Positions 24,525 to 34,934 are shown, numbered from the stretch's first letter. The stretch is 59,113 bases of DNA from a virus (IMGVR_UViG_3300031578_000036:1-59113); one strand, 5' to 3'. Notes: generated from the letters alone by a model not told the origin. A program made the numbers and translations.

Positions 24525-25585
24525 CAGGTCCCCCCTGTTAGGCCCGCCAGCGTTTCTGCCAGCAGGGCGTTGCATTGTCTCGCCCACGTCACGTTGTCCG
24601 TGTCCACGGGCTGCGCCTCACGGATCAGCCGCGTTACCGTGTCCTGCTCATCGCCCTCGTGGAGCATTGGCACGCCGATCTGCCGGGCGAGATAGCCGAC
24701 CTCGGCGAGTTGCCCGAGTCCCACGACAGGCGCACCCATGCTGGCGGGGATCAGCATTCCGTGCTTGCGCATGGATACGACCACGCGCACGTCCCCGTAT
24801 GCGGCACTCGCCCACTCCCGCACGCACTCGCATGTGGGCGGGTACAGGTCGGGCCGGGTGTCGTCCAACTTGTCGTGCAGCACACCCCATGAGCCGAGCA
24901 ACGTCCGCGCTCGCTCGTCCAGCTTCTCGATATGCGGCACGATGCGAACCCGTAGGCCCAACGCAGAGGCGGCCCACGCGACATGGTAGAGCGCCAGCGC
25001 CTCACCGTAGCGGCCACCCGCCCAGCGCCAGTCCGCCTTATCGCTTGCCCAGCACAGGGCCAGCACGTCCGAGCCGCCACGCCATGGCTCCCACGGCGCA
25101 CCCAACGCAGGATCGGCCACGACCTGCACACGATCAGTCGCAATGCCGAGCGCGCCCAGATGGTCGCATGTCTCCGGGTTCCGCACCGTGAATGCGGCGG
25201 CGTGTTCCGTCAGCCAGCACAGGGTGGGCGCAAACATGGGGTGCGTGCCGGTCAGGTCTTTCAGGGTGGGAAACGCAGTCCAGCCGATGCCCCAGACGAC
25301 TACCGGGATGCGCAGCGCCTCGAGGAATGCGGGCGTCACCTGCCATTGCCAGCCGCTCACGCTGTTGAGTTCCGGCTTGTCCCAGAGCAGGCCACCACCA
25401 CCCACTAGTACGGCGTCCAGTTTCGCGTTGGCCCATTCGGCCTGCTCACGGGTGGTCCATTGCGTGCTCTGGCAGTCGGACGACGTAATGCCCCAATCGG
25501 CTCCGGTGGCCTCGCGCACAGCCCACTGGATGGCCCGGTCGCCGTAGTTCCTGCCCCACGCGCCGATGTGCAGAAGCCGCTTCAC
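24524..25585 (-). CDS. Polysaccharide pyruvyl transferase-like protein
   Basis: NYGDRAI, VLVGGGGLL, WGIG, TVRN, ADPAL and SMRKHGMLI motifs. Confidence 0.85.
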   Translation of the reverse strand: MKRLLHIGAWGRNYGDRAIQWAVREATGADWGITSSDCQSTQWTTREQAEWANAKLDAVLVGGGGLLWDKPELNSVSGWQWQVTPAFLEALRIPVVVWGIGWTAFPTLKDLTGTHPMFAPTLCWLTEHAAAFTVRNPETCDHLGALGIATDRVQVVADPALGAPWEPWRGGSDVLALCWASDKADWRWAGGRYGEALALYHVAWAASALGLRVRIVPHIEKLDERARTLLGSWGVLHDKLDDTRPDLYPPTCECVREWASAAYGDVRVVVSMRKHGMLIPASMGAPVVGLGQLAEVGYLARQIGVPMLHEGDEQDTVTRLIREAQPVDTDNVTWARQCNALLAETLAGLTGGT

Positions 25586-25860
25586 GCTGGGTCCCGTGGC
25601 AATATGCCCGAATGGGTAAGCCATGAGACAACCACATCGCGGTCGAATCCCGCTGTCTCGCACCAGGCGACGGAACGCCGGGGCTCACACCAGAAGCGGA
25701 GCTCGCCCGCGTGGTGCGCGTCCCACGCCACACCCGCCTGCTTGCCAGCCGGTCGTGGCACCCGCAACACCTTCACCGAATCCGCCAACAGGGATTGGGC
25801 CAGCCTGCGGTACCCCCTGAAATCGTGGCCACTCGGTGTGCGTTTCCGGCTGTCGGGCAC
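25582..25860 (-). CDS. Hypothetical protein
   Basis: GGAGA RBS; first ORF after the candidate promoter. Confidence 0.5.
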   Translation of the reverse strand: MPDSRKRTPSGHDFRGYRRLAQSLLADSVKVLRVPRPAGKQAGVAWDAHHAGELRFWCEPRRSVAWCETAGFDRDVVVSWLTHSGILPRDPA

Positions 25861-25897
25861 CGCATCTCCGTGTCTAGGTCAAGGGTGCGCTGCCCCA

Positions 25898-25925
25898 AAG
25901 ATATAGCGTTTCGGGCAAATTGCAA
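25898..25925 (-). promoter_or_regulatory. Candidate promoter for the glycan/packaging operon
   Basis: TTGCAA-N16-TATCTT; shares TATATCTT with the 13702 promoter. Confidence 0.45.
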
Positions 25926-25940
25926 ACCCCACCCGCCGCG

Positions 25941-26870
25941 CTATGCGCTGATCTTCTCCAGGCCAGAGATACGGGTGTGCTTGGTGGGTGGCTCCCTGTA
26001 GGCGGGTGCCGCGGTCTTCAGGGCCTCCGCGTTGAGCCGTGCTATCTCGGCTTCCTCGAGCCGACGGGCCTGCTCCCTCGATTCGTTGGCCGTGGTGCCC
26101 TCGGTGCGGCGCTGGTCCTCCTGCCGGTCGGATGCGATGGCGTCGTCTATGGCGCGCTCGAGGATGGAGGCGAAGTACGGCCGGTAGAATCGCTCCGGCT
26201 TGGCGGCGGTCCAAGACAGGATCGCCGTGGCGAGGATTGGTGGCTGTCGGTCGGTCGCCATGCCCTTCCATGCGCCCTGCTCGGTTCCGTGTGGACCCCA
26301 GATGCCCCAGATCGAGCGTTGCGCCATCAAGTCCACACTCGTCAGGCAGTCCGCGTGGGTGCCTAGCCAGGGGGCTAGTTCGGCGTGCCGGGAGTTTTCC
26401 ACATTCGGTGGCCGCTGGGGGGCTACGGGGGGGGTAGTTTCAGTAGCAGAAGCAGAAGAAGACTGCAAACAGCAAACTGCAAAGCTAGATTCTGCCACTG
26501 GCAAAACTGTGGCACTGCCAGAATTGTCCTTCTCGTGCTTGGCCTTTGCGCCGGCCTTCCCCGCGTCCGATTTCGCCTTGCAGTAAGCGTCCTGCTTTTG
26601 ACGCTCCAGATCGAGCCTCGGGTGGGTGTACCGTTCACCGCTCCTGCGGAAGCACTTTTCCACACCCACCCAGATGCGTTCCATGTCGGCTTCGGGCACC
26701 CGACAGAGGCGGGCAAGTAGACTCGAGTCGGCGGGGATCGATCCCTCAAGCCAGCAATAGGACAGGAGGTGGACGTAGGCCCCCTCCTGCTCTAGCGTCA
26801 TCAGCGCCACGAGCTCGTCAGCTAGGTAGTCCTTTGGGTAGAACTGGAACGCGGGGCGCTTGTCAGCCAC
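25941..26870 (-). CDS. DUF1376 (YdaU-like) replication initiator
   Basis: PAFQFYPKDYLAD...MTLEQEGAYVHLL..CW..GSIP...HPRL...AGKAGA N-terminal pattern. Confidence 0.8.
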   Translation of the reverse strand: MADKRPAFQFYPKDYLADELVALMTLEQEGAYVHLLSYCWLEGSIPADSSLLARLCRVPEADMERIWVGVEKCFRRSGERYTHPRLDLERQKQDAYCKAKSDAGKAGAKAKHEKDNSGSATVLPVAESSFAVCCLQSSSASATETTPPVAPQRPPNVENSRHAELAPWLGTHADCLTSVDLMAQRSIWGIWGPHGTEQGAWKGMATDRQPPILATAILSWTAAKPERFYRPYFASILERAIDDAIASDRQEDQRRTEGTTANESREQARRLEEAEIARLNAEALKTAAPAYREPPTKHTRISGLEKISA

Positions 26871-27299
26871 GTATCTTCTCGGTCGGGGTGTCTATCCCCA
26901 TGCGGGCCCGCAGGGCGTCAAGGGCGTGATGGACGATTGCCGCCAGTTCGCCGTCGCGTGCGATGGGGTACTTGGCCCTCACCGCCTCGATCTCTGAGCG
27001 GATCTGGTCGGCGGTGTAGAGAGGAATCCACTCTGTTTCGCCAGGTTCCTTCCAATCCGAAAACCCGTGGTCTACGTGGTAGAACCCCACCGGCTGCATC
27101 TTGTCAGCGGCCATCGTGGCCCTCTTCACATTGCTGCCTGTAGAAATCGCGCTCCTCTTGTTCTTCCTGACGGCGACGTTCTTCGTGCTCGCGTTCGCGG
27201 CGCTCGTATCCTTCCGGGTCGCGGTCATAGGCAGCCATCTCCTCATTCATGCGGCGAATGAACTCCACTGGCATGACCATCCCCGTAGGCCACCTCGGT

Positions 27300-27695
27300 C
27301 TACCCACGGTCGTCCTCCTTGGGCTCGGTGCCCTGGTCATAGATCCACTGCCGGGCGATCTCACAGAGGGCGATGAACACTGCGTCCTTGTCGCGTTCCA
27401 GTTGTCCCAGGTCCGCGTAGGGCACGAGGTCAGGATGGATCTTGCGCTCGCTGTCGTAGGCTTCGCCGTGGGCCCATCCCATCGCCAGATAGGCTTGCAT
27501 CCATGACCCATGAAGCTCCTCCGGCGACATGGATCTATGGGAGCCACACTGACGTTCGATCACCTTGCAGAACTGCGCCCGAAAGGCGTCTTCGCGGTGG
27601 TCCCACCACGCAGGGATGATCGGTGCGCCAGCAGCGGTAGCGGCAATGCGAGCCGCCTCGTACACGAAGTAGGCTCTACGCTCCGTCAGGCTCAT
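27300..27695 (-). CDS. RyR-domain-like phage protein
   Basis: EELHGSWM...GW..G...D.ERKIHPDLVPYADL...ERDKD pattern. Confidence 0.7.
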   Translation of the reverse strand: MSLTERRAYFVYEAARIAATAAGAPIIPAWWDHREDAFRAQFCKVIERQCGSHRSMSPEELHGSWMQAYLAMGWAHGEAYDSERKIHPDLVPYADLGQLERDKDAVFIALCEIARQWIYDQGTEPKEDDRG

Positions 27696-27894
27696 GTCGC
27701 CTCCTCCCCGAGGGCCACGCAGCGGTCCCACTCCGCCATCAATTCACGAGTCGTAACCGCACGTCCGCATATCTCACTCGCTGGGTAGCGCCACCCAACG
27801 AGACGGCAGAGCCTTCCTACCGCGATCTCGAATTGGCATTCATCATCCATCAACTCCCTGATAGCCGTTCTGATTTCTTCGCGCTCGGTGTTCT

Positions 27895-28268
27895 TCACGG
27901 CTTCCCCTCCCTGGGGGCCACGGGTGAGGCGGGGGCGTGCCCGTCGTAGTCGATGATCGGCGCGAACAACCCGCTCGAAGCCTCCGTGGACAGCTTCGCA
28001 CTCAGGACGGAGATCGTGTCGATTACGTCGCGTGTGTCGAGGTTCACCATCACATCGACCGGCCCGTTTTCGTGGCTGGAGTAGATGCATAGGCGATGCG
28101 TGTCGGACGGGACCGGCGCGGTGTTCGTATGGCCGCAGCACATGAACGAGGCGTGGCCCTCGGACGAGAGCCGGGCCATGCCCGCGCAGTCGTTGCGCCC
28201 CCTCGGGCAACCGCCTGGATGGTGCGTCTCCCCGTCCCATAGGCGCGCGCTGCTTCTGGCGTCATTCA
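27895..28268 (-). CDS. Hypothetical Cys-containing protein
   Basis: Coupled minus-strand ORF beginning MNDARSS. Confidence 0.45.
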
Positions 28269-29849
28269 TCTCTTCACCTCCGGGTGGGAGCGGAGCGCAG
28301 CGAGCAAACCAGCACGGATCGCGCGCGGCCACTCGGCGGCCCAGAATTGCACGTCGTGTGGCTTGAGCGGCTGCATGGCGTGGGTGATGGCCTCGGCGTG
28401 GAAGTCGCGCACCATCTGGTCCAGCGCCCCCACGTCCTGCTCGGCGTCGCGTCGGACCAATTTTTCGCACGTTCGGCGGATCGAGTCCTTGTGCTTCGCC
28501 AAGAAACGTTCAGCGAACTCATCCGGCTCCTGCTCAACGGGCTCACGGTAGACGGAGCCCAGCGGCTCGCCGCAGTCGGCGCACCGAACCTGCGTTGCGT
28601 CCTCGGTGCAGCACGCGGCACACAATGGCTCCCCAACCGTGCGGGAGCGGAGAGCGGCAGCGAGCCCGATGGCAGCAGCCCGTCGCGCGTCTACCCTGTC
28701 TCTTACGTCCACGAATTTGTGCCCATGAAACGGCCCGAAGCACTCCTGCTCCAAAAGCACCCGAGCCAGCGCCTCCACGTCCTCGTGGGGCTCGGGACGT
28801 TCTGCGGCCAGGTGTGCGTGGGCGTCGTGGGCACCCATCGCTGCCAGGGCTTGCCACAGGTGGTGCATCACCTCGTCAGCTATCTCATCCGCCCCGATGT
28901 CGTACTCTTGGAGCGATACGAGCGCGCATCGGATATTGGCCTCCACGGTCTCCTCGTTCGGGCGCTCCGGCTCCCCGGGCACTGCCTCGGTCCATCCCCT
29001 CGGACGCCGAAACTCCCACTCGCGCTCCACGTCCTCATGGGGCTCCACGGGAGGCACGGGGCGCGACGTCTCATCTTCCCATGCCAGCGTTCCATCCAGC
29101 TTCCACACGAGGTCAAGGTCGAAGTCCACCGTCGGCTCCTCGCTGGCTTCCGGGGGAGAGGCGGTGAGCGACACAAGCACCTCTCCGGATTCCACCGGAT
29201 GGCCGAAGTGCCTTCCTGCATGCCCCCTCGGCCTGTCACAGATGTAGACCGGATCTCCGAGGCCACCGCCAAGGCCGAATGCGCGGCCACAGTAGTTCGG
29301 CTCCCGCTCCCCACCTTGGCGGGCGAGGGCGAGGATGCGCTCCCGGAAGTGCGACACCGCAGCGAAACTCCTAGGAGGCTCGGACCCAGGCATATCCGCA
29401 CCAGCCAGATAGGCGCGCTCCAACTCGTCCTGTATCCGTTCCACCAGCGCCTCCACGTCCCCAGCATCACGGCGAGCGCGAACGAACTCCGTAGACGACA
29501 GCCCTCCCGTTATGTCTGGGGCCGCACCGTAAAAACTCGCCATCGTGGGAAACTCCGCATCGGGGGGCACGGGAGTGGCATAGAGGGCCATCGCCTCACC
29601 ATCCTCCACGTATGGCATGAAGGGTGAGACCTGCGCCCACTCGCCTCCCTGTAGCGCCGCGAGGTTCTTCGGCGTGATCCACGCCACCGCCACCGGCTCC
29701 CCCACGGGCTCGGCACGGAGCAGAGCAGTGGCCTCGCGGACGGTGGCCCTGTGCTTGTCCAGTTCCTCCCGGGTCACGTATCTGTCCCTCATGCCCATCG
29801 ACGCATCAACGCGCTCCAGTGCCCTCGCGATCCTCTCGCGCTCAGTCAT
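28266..29849 (-). CDS. Mosaic hypothetical protein (EPVAVAW, DVEAL modules, Zn fingers)
   Basis: Long ORF built from short modules separated by recurrent linkers. Confidence 0.6.
   Translation of the reverse strand: MTERERIARALERVDASMGMRDRYVTREELDKHRATVREATALLRAEPVGEPVAVAWITPKNLAALQGGEWAQVSPFMPYVEDGEAMALYATPVPPDAEFPTMASFYGAAPDITGGLSSTEFVRARRDAGDVEALVERIQDELERAYLAGADMPGSEPPRSFAAVSHFRERILALARQGGEREPNYCGRAFGLGGGLGDPVYICDRPRGHAGRHFGHPVESGEVLVSLTASPPEASEEPTVDFDLDLVWKLDGTLAWEDETSRPVPPVEPHEDVEREWEFRRPRGWTEAVPGEPERPNEETVEANIRCALVSLQEYDIGADEIADEVMHHLWQALAAMGAHDAHAHLAAERPEPHEDVEALARVLLEQECFGPFHGHKFVDVRDRVDARRAAAIGLAAALRSRTVGEPLCAACCTEDATQVRCADCGEPLGSVYREPVEQEPDEFAERFLAKHKDSIRRTCEKLVRRDAEQDVGALDQMVRDFHAEAITHAMQPLKPHDVQFWAAEWPRAIRAGLLAALRSHPEVKR
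29040..29158. repeat. Dispersed ~119-bp coding repeat, copy 1
   Basis: Encodes PPEASEEPTVDFDLDLV...WEDET.RPVPPVEP; second copy at 30963..31081. Confidence 0.9.
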
Positions 29850-30427
29850 GGTCCGGTACCTCCGCCGTGAACATGGTACGGATGCAGCGCACGTCACCGG
29901 CACGATGCTGCTTGTCCCACTCGCCGGGTTTGCCCATATGCTCCTTCCACGCCCCGATGCTTCCTACTAGCGACGGGCGGGCCGTGAACGGCAGCGACAC
30001 CCATTCGCTGCCGTTACGCATCCACACGACCCAGTTCCACTCAGTCCTTGTCATGATCGGGCCCTCTCACGGGTGCGGAGAGCGGCGAGCACGTTTGCCG
30101 CCTTTCGCAGGTCACGCAGAAGCCCATCGAACACCTCCACGCGAACCCCCGCGTCCTGCGAAATCTTGAGCAGGTCGGCGTGCGTCACCAAGCGCGCGAC
30201 GAGTTGCGAGTCTGGCCACCACTCCACGTCCCCAGGCTCAGCCACGGTGGGGAGGGCAGCAAGGATCGCCTTTTCAAGCCACACAACCCGCTCGGGGCCT
30301 TCAATGCCAACGTTTTCGGATTCACACATTGGACAGCGGTACGTTTCCTCTGTGCTGTCAACAACGTGGAACCGCTCGCAGTCGCGGCAAAAGAAGGCCC
30401 CGATGTTCCCGTAGAGGGCGTGGAGGT

Positions 30428-30668
30428 CTACTCCGTCGGCGTGATGTCCACGTAGTACGCCTTCCCCGCCTCGAAGAAGCCCGCCAGGGCCTTGTTGGCC
30501 ACGTTGAACTTCATCTCGCCCCACGGCGTGTAGATCGAGAACGCCCGATCCTCCTTCGTCAGCGCCTCGTCGTACTGCGTTGGTCATCTCGATCACCGCC
30601 CCGTTCTCGCTGGCCGGATCGCCCTCCACCTTCTGCACCGTGAACTTGCACCGTGCCGTCTTGACCAT
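30428..30668 (-). pseudogene. Small phage gene interrupted by a +1 frameshift near 30580
   Basis: MVKTARCKFTVQKVE...VIEMT continues in the shifted frame as TQYDEALTKEDRAFSIYTPWGEMKFNVANKALAGFFEAGKAYYVDITPTE*. The span is 241 nt, i.e. 80 codons plus one base. Confidence 0.7.
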
Positions 30669-30944
30669 TCCCCACCTCGCTCTCTGTTGCCACCAGTTCA
30701 GGGTCGGTGGCTTCACCGTTTCTCAGCGCCTCCACATCCTCCCTGTGGGGCTCGGGGGCACGTACCAGGTCTCGCAATGTGATGTCGCTCGGATGCTTGG
30801 CGCCCCGAGGGATAATCCGCAGCGTACCACACTCGGCGCACATCTGCGTTTCCCCGAAATGCTCGCTGGCGGGGCTGGTCGTCTCCCACCGATGCGGCGC
30901 ACCAGCCGCACATGGGTAGGTGTCTGGGTCCCTTCCTCCGCCGC

Positions 30945-31448
30945 TCATCTCTCCCCTCCTTCGGGCTCCACGGGAGGCACGGGGCGGGTCGTTTCGTCCT
31001 CCCACTCAAGGCTCCCATCAGGCTTCCGCACGAGGTCAAGGTCGAAATCCACCGTCGGCTCCTCGCTGGCTTCCGGGGGAGCCGAGGCGAGGCGATAGCC
31101 GTAGACGTGTGACGCTGCCGTGCCGGACGACATCGGGCAGATTCCGCCCTGCCACTCGGGGCGACCACAGTTGACGCAGATCTTCGCCTCCCTCTCCCCG
31201 CTCCCGGCGAGGGCGGCACGAAGCGATCCCACCTGAGAGCGCAGTGCTTCAGCGTCCTGCTCCGTGTGCATCAAGTCGGTGCGGAGGCGGATGATCTCGG
31301 CCACGGCAGCGTCGAGTGCGCGAACAGCCCGTTCCGCGTCGTCCGCGGTCGGGTGTGGATTTGCCTCAAGCACGTATGCGGCTTCCTTGGCTTCGCTCAC
31401 GACATCCGCCTCCTCGCTCCCCGTGGGGAGCCCGTCAGGAGTGCTCAT
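30945..31448 (-). CDS. Mosaic hypothetical protein
   Basis: Coiled coil, CxxC, and the shared repeat module. Confidence 0.55.
   Translation of the reverse strand: MSTPDGLPTGSEEADVVSEAKEAAYVLEANPHPTADDAERAVRALDAAVAEIIRLRTDLMHTEQDAEALRSQVGSLRAALAGSGEREAKICVNCGRPEWQGGICPMSSGTAASHVYGYRLASAPPEASEEPTVDFDLDLVRKPDGSLEWEDETTRPVPPVEPEGGER
30963..31081. repeat. Dispersed ~119-bp coding repeat, copy 2
   Basis: Matches 29040..29158. Confidence 0.9.
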
Positions 31449-31878
31449 GGTCCATCTCCGTGACTTGCTGATTGATCTTCGCGGCTTCGGCCATATGCCA
31501 TGCTATCACGGGTGCCGCGCCGTCTACTTTGTCGAGCCGCGCTGCCCATGTGATGTGCTCCATCATCGCATCGCGCAGGCGGTTCCTTGCGATCCTGCGC
31601 GCTTGGTCCTTGGCGTACTTCGAGTCCCGCCCGCGCCAGTCAATGAGGGCCGTCAGGATGTAGGCACGAGCCACGTCTTCGGAGATCCACCCAGCGTCCG
31701 GCCACTCATAGACCGGCCCGAGCCATTCCCACTCGCCCACCTCACATGTCACCGCAGATCCACGGGAGCGAAAGTAGAATGGCTGTCCGTCGAAAGTCCC
31801 TTCGGCCTGCACGGGGCAGTTGCCGCCAAGCCACTCGATAACGAGCCCTTCCTCGGGGAGCCCGCTGGGGGTGGTCAT
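31435..31878 (-). CDS. Hypothetical phage protein
   Basis: GGNCPVQAEGTFDGQPFYFRSRG motif; coupled ORF. Confidence 0.6.
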   Translation of the reverse strand: MTTPSGLPEEGLVIEWLGGNCPVQAEGTFDGQPFYFRSRGSAVTCEVGEWEWLGPVYEWPDAGWISEDVARAYILTALIDWRGRDSKYAKDQARRIARNRLRDAMMEHITWAARLDKVDGAAPVIAWHMAEAAKINQQVTEMDHEHS

Positions 31879-32082
31879 CCGTAATACTCCGCTTCGAGGT
31901 CCTGTTGGCGGTCAGACAATTCTTGCGCCATCGCAGCAGCGGCGTCCCTGTCGATCTCGCGCGCCTCGCGGTTGTATTCCTCGCGGGTGATACGGCCAGC
32001 ATCGAGGTCCGCCTCAAGGCGCTCATGTTCGCGCTCTGCCGCGCGATCAATGTGCCATCTACTCATCGTCGTTCTCCTCCCC

Positions 32083-32601
32083 CTACCGGGGGCCTGTGGG
32101 GTTAACAGCCCGCATCCTCCGTGCGATCTCGCGCAGGAGGTAGCCGGGGGTGCCATGTGAGTAGGCGTCGCCCGCAATCACAATGACGACCCCGATTTCT
32201 GGGTGTCGGTCGAACCACTCGGCCCACGCCTCCAGGGCTTCCGGGGTGGGCTCGCTCGCTTCGATTACCTCGGCGGCGCAGTCCAACGTGTGCGACAGGT
32301 CCAACGACAGGCACGGGCTCCCAGCGTAGGAGCGCAGCGTCTGCGCCAGTCCTCGGGCGGCAGAGGGCTCGCCCCCATCACCCGGGGCACGCTCAGGCGT
32401 ACCCGACTCACGAGACACGAGCGTCTCGCTGGGTGATGGGGGCGAAGCGCGACGGTTCCAGGCGGCTGCGTTGTCGTCCCTGTGGATGCTCGCAATTTCC
32501 GGTCCCATCGCCCCACAGTCGGCGCATATCACTTCGCCATCGCTATCGTGCCACGCATTGTCTTCCCCGCAGAACGGGCACGGCTTCAACGTCTCAGTCA
32601 T
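32083..32601 (-). CDS. Lar-family (restriction alleviation-like) Zn-finger protein
   Basis: LKPCPFCG...CADCGAMGP...AAAWNRRA. Confidence 0.75.
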   Translation of the reverse strand: MTETLKPCPFCGEDNAWHDSDGEVICADCGAMGPEIASIHRDDNAAAWNRRASPPSPSETLVSRESGTPERAPGDGGEPSAARGLAQTLRSYAGSPCLSLDLSHTLDCAAEVIEASEPTPEALEAWAEWFDRHPEIGVVIVIAGDAYSHGTPGYLLREIARRMRAVNPTGPR

Positions 32602-33733
32602 GGTCCCCTCCGTAGGCACGGAGGATGGAAGCCAGGGTACAGTCGGGTGCATGGCCCCTCGCCTTTGACTCACCGCACAGCGGGCATTCAGGGCGGGGCG
32701 GATCATACGGGGCCTGCCCTGCGTGTTCGCAATCCCTTAATGCTCCCAAGATCCGCTCCCACTCCTCCACCGGGACGACCACGACGTGGACCATGTCGGC
32801 GTAGTACTCGTCGCTGTTCCACACGCGGACGACCTCGCCTGGGTTCTGGCCCATCGTTCCCGGTGCGATCCAGCCCTTCACGATCTCGTTCATAGCTCCT
32901 CCGCCATTCGAGCCGCGATCATTTTGTCCTGAATCGCAATCGTTTCTGTCGCTGCGTCCAGCGCCTCCCTCATCTCAGCGGCAGAGCGTAGGGCAGAGGC
33001 GACTCTGTCTGTGGCGAACACGCGGCGACCGTCTTCGGTGCAGTGCATCTCCGCGACCTTCAGCCTCCACGCTAAATCCCGGTACTCTGCGGCGTTCATG
33101 GGAACACCGCTATTCCGATGGCGTAGGCGATCACAAGGAGGATGATCGCTGCGACCACCGCGAATGCCCCGAATATCGTGGCATAGTACGGATCGCGGTC
33201 CATGCCTTTCCCGACCGTCCTCGACACGATTCCGAGGACTAGTAGGGCCCCTAGGCCCATGAACAATCGCGCAGTCCCCGGGTCCGTCGTGCTCCGCTGG
33301 CTCGGTGGTGGGCCATACCGTCCGCGCTTCCGTGCATGCTTCGCGCTCGGCCTCGCCCAACTCCTTCAGGAGCTTGTCGGTCAGGTCCACGAGGGTGTGC
33401 ATCCACTGGAGCGCGTACTCCTCGGGCTCTTGGGCCACCGTGTCCCGGACGTGGGCCATGAGCGCAACCTGGCGGCGCAGGGAGGCTAGGTTGTGGGGGT
33501 GGCGGCACTTCATGCGACCTCCTCGCGGCCGAAGTTGGCGGCGGCGATGTCTGAGGCCATGACGGAGTGGATGGCGTCACGGCGCCCAAGCTCGATGCCC
33601 TTCGTCAGCCCCTCGGTGTGGGCGTGCTGACACGCGGCCTTGAGGTGCGCGGCGGCGAGCGGGGCGGCCAGCATCATGCCGGCGGATACGCCCAGGAGCA
33701 CGCCGACGAGGAAGGCGAGGGTGGTCGGGTTCA

Positions 33734-34324
33734 TCAGTCCTCCGTCAGGTTGACGACTTTCGTCGCGTAGGTTTCGCACCCGGGGGTACGCACGCAGCCG
33801 TTGTAGGCGTTCAGGCTTTCCCGGATCGCCTTGTCCAGCGCCCGGCCCAGGTAGTCCCGCAGGATGGTTGAGCCGTAGCACACGCTCGTGATCCCGTCAG
33901 TCAGGTCGGTGCCGCACGGGTGGTCCGCTCTCACGTGCACCGGCATGATCTGCATCCAACCCACCGCGCCGGCGAAGCTCGTGGTGTCGGGAACTAGCCA
34001 GGGGTTCTCCACCATCAGCACGGCGGCCACGAGCGCAGGCGATAGCTCCCGCGTCTCGGCCTCGGCGACGATGGCCCACGCGGCTTGGCGCGCCAGCCAC
34101 GGGTCCCGCGCCCGCCGTAGTAGCGCCCGCTCGATGGGGAACACGTGGCGGACGTACCGGGTGACATCCCCGTCCAGGCTCGCGGACAGGAGGGCGGCCT
34201 GACGCTCCATGCGGGCAACCTCCGCCTCAACGTCGTAAACGGCGTGCTCGATGCGCGTCCGCGTGGTATGGGGCAGGAACGGCGCGGCGATGAGGGCGGC
34301 AAGCACGACCAGGGCGGACCTCAC
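33734..34324 (-). CDS. Lytic transglycosylase (SLT domain) with N-terminal signal/anchor
   Basis: LVAAVLMVE, SFAGAVGWMQIMP and LNAYNG motifs. Confidence 0.82.
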   Translation of the reverse strand: MRSALVVLAALIAAPFLPHTTRTRIEHAVYDVEAEVARMERQAALLSASLDGDVTRYVRHVFPIERALLRRARDPWLARQAAWAIVAEAETRELSPALVAAVLMVENPWLVPDTTSFAGAVGWMQIMPVHVRADHPCGTDLTDGITSVCYGSTILRDYLGRALDKAIRESLNAYNGCVRTPGCETYATKVVNLTED

Positions 34325-34547
34325 GGTGTGGCCTCCGGCGGCGCTTCCTGGGTGTCAGGCACGTCGGGGCCGAGCAGGGCCGTCAGGCCGAGTTTGAGAG
34401 CAAACGCGCACCAGCCGACCAGCCAGACCCACCCACGGGTCACCAGTGGGATGGCCTTCCAGTCCTGCGGCCGGAGCGCATCCACGGCACGGACCAGCCG
34501 ACGCGCGGCCTGCCGTACCGATACCAGCGCCCGTCTCGTTCTCGTGG

Positions 34548-34934
34548 TCATGCAGCTCTCCTGCCGACGTATCGCCAGCGATAGATCAGGTTGCCGTTCG
34601 AGCCCGGGGTCGTGCTCACGTGGTCGGGATGCTCTGAGCGGACCCAGTCCCGGGTGCGGAACACGGTGCCCATGATGTTCGGGGAACAGTCCGCGGGGAG
34701 CGCGAGACTTGCCTGCGTCTTGCGGAGCACTTCCGCGTCATCGGCCGTCACGCACGCCTGGGCCTCACCCAGCATGTCCACCCGGAGCAGACAGAGCACG
34801 GCGAGCCGGTCGCGCATCCGCTCCAGCCACGCCCGCCGCTCGTCGGCCATCTTGTCCAGCACGGAGACGGCACGCTCGCGCTCGGGTGGGCGTGGCTCGA
34901 ACAGGTCGGGTGGATACGTGCGAACGGTGCTCAC
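34548..34934 (-). CDS. Hypothetical protein (possible winged-helix)
   Basis: VTADDA...NIMGTVFR...W pattern; coupled ORF. Confidence 0.5.
   Translation of the reverse strand: MSTVRTYPPDLFEPRPPERERAVSVLDKMADERRAWLERMRDRLAVLCLLRVDMLGEAQACVTADDAEVLRKTQASLALPADCSPNIMGTVFRTRDWVRSEHPDHVSTTPGSNGNLIYRWRYVGRRAA

Noticed and set aside
29040-31081. Repeat pair as the template and variable regions of a diversity-generating retroelement
   Set aside because: The mismatches are not adenine-specific and no reverse transcriptase was found.
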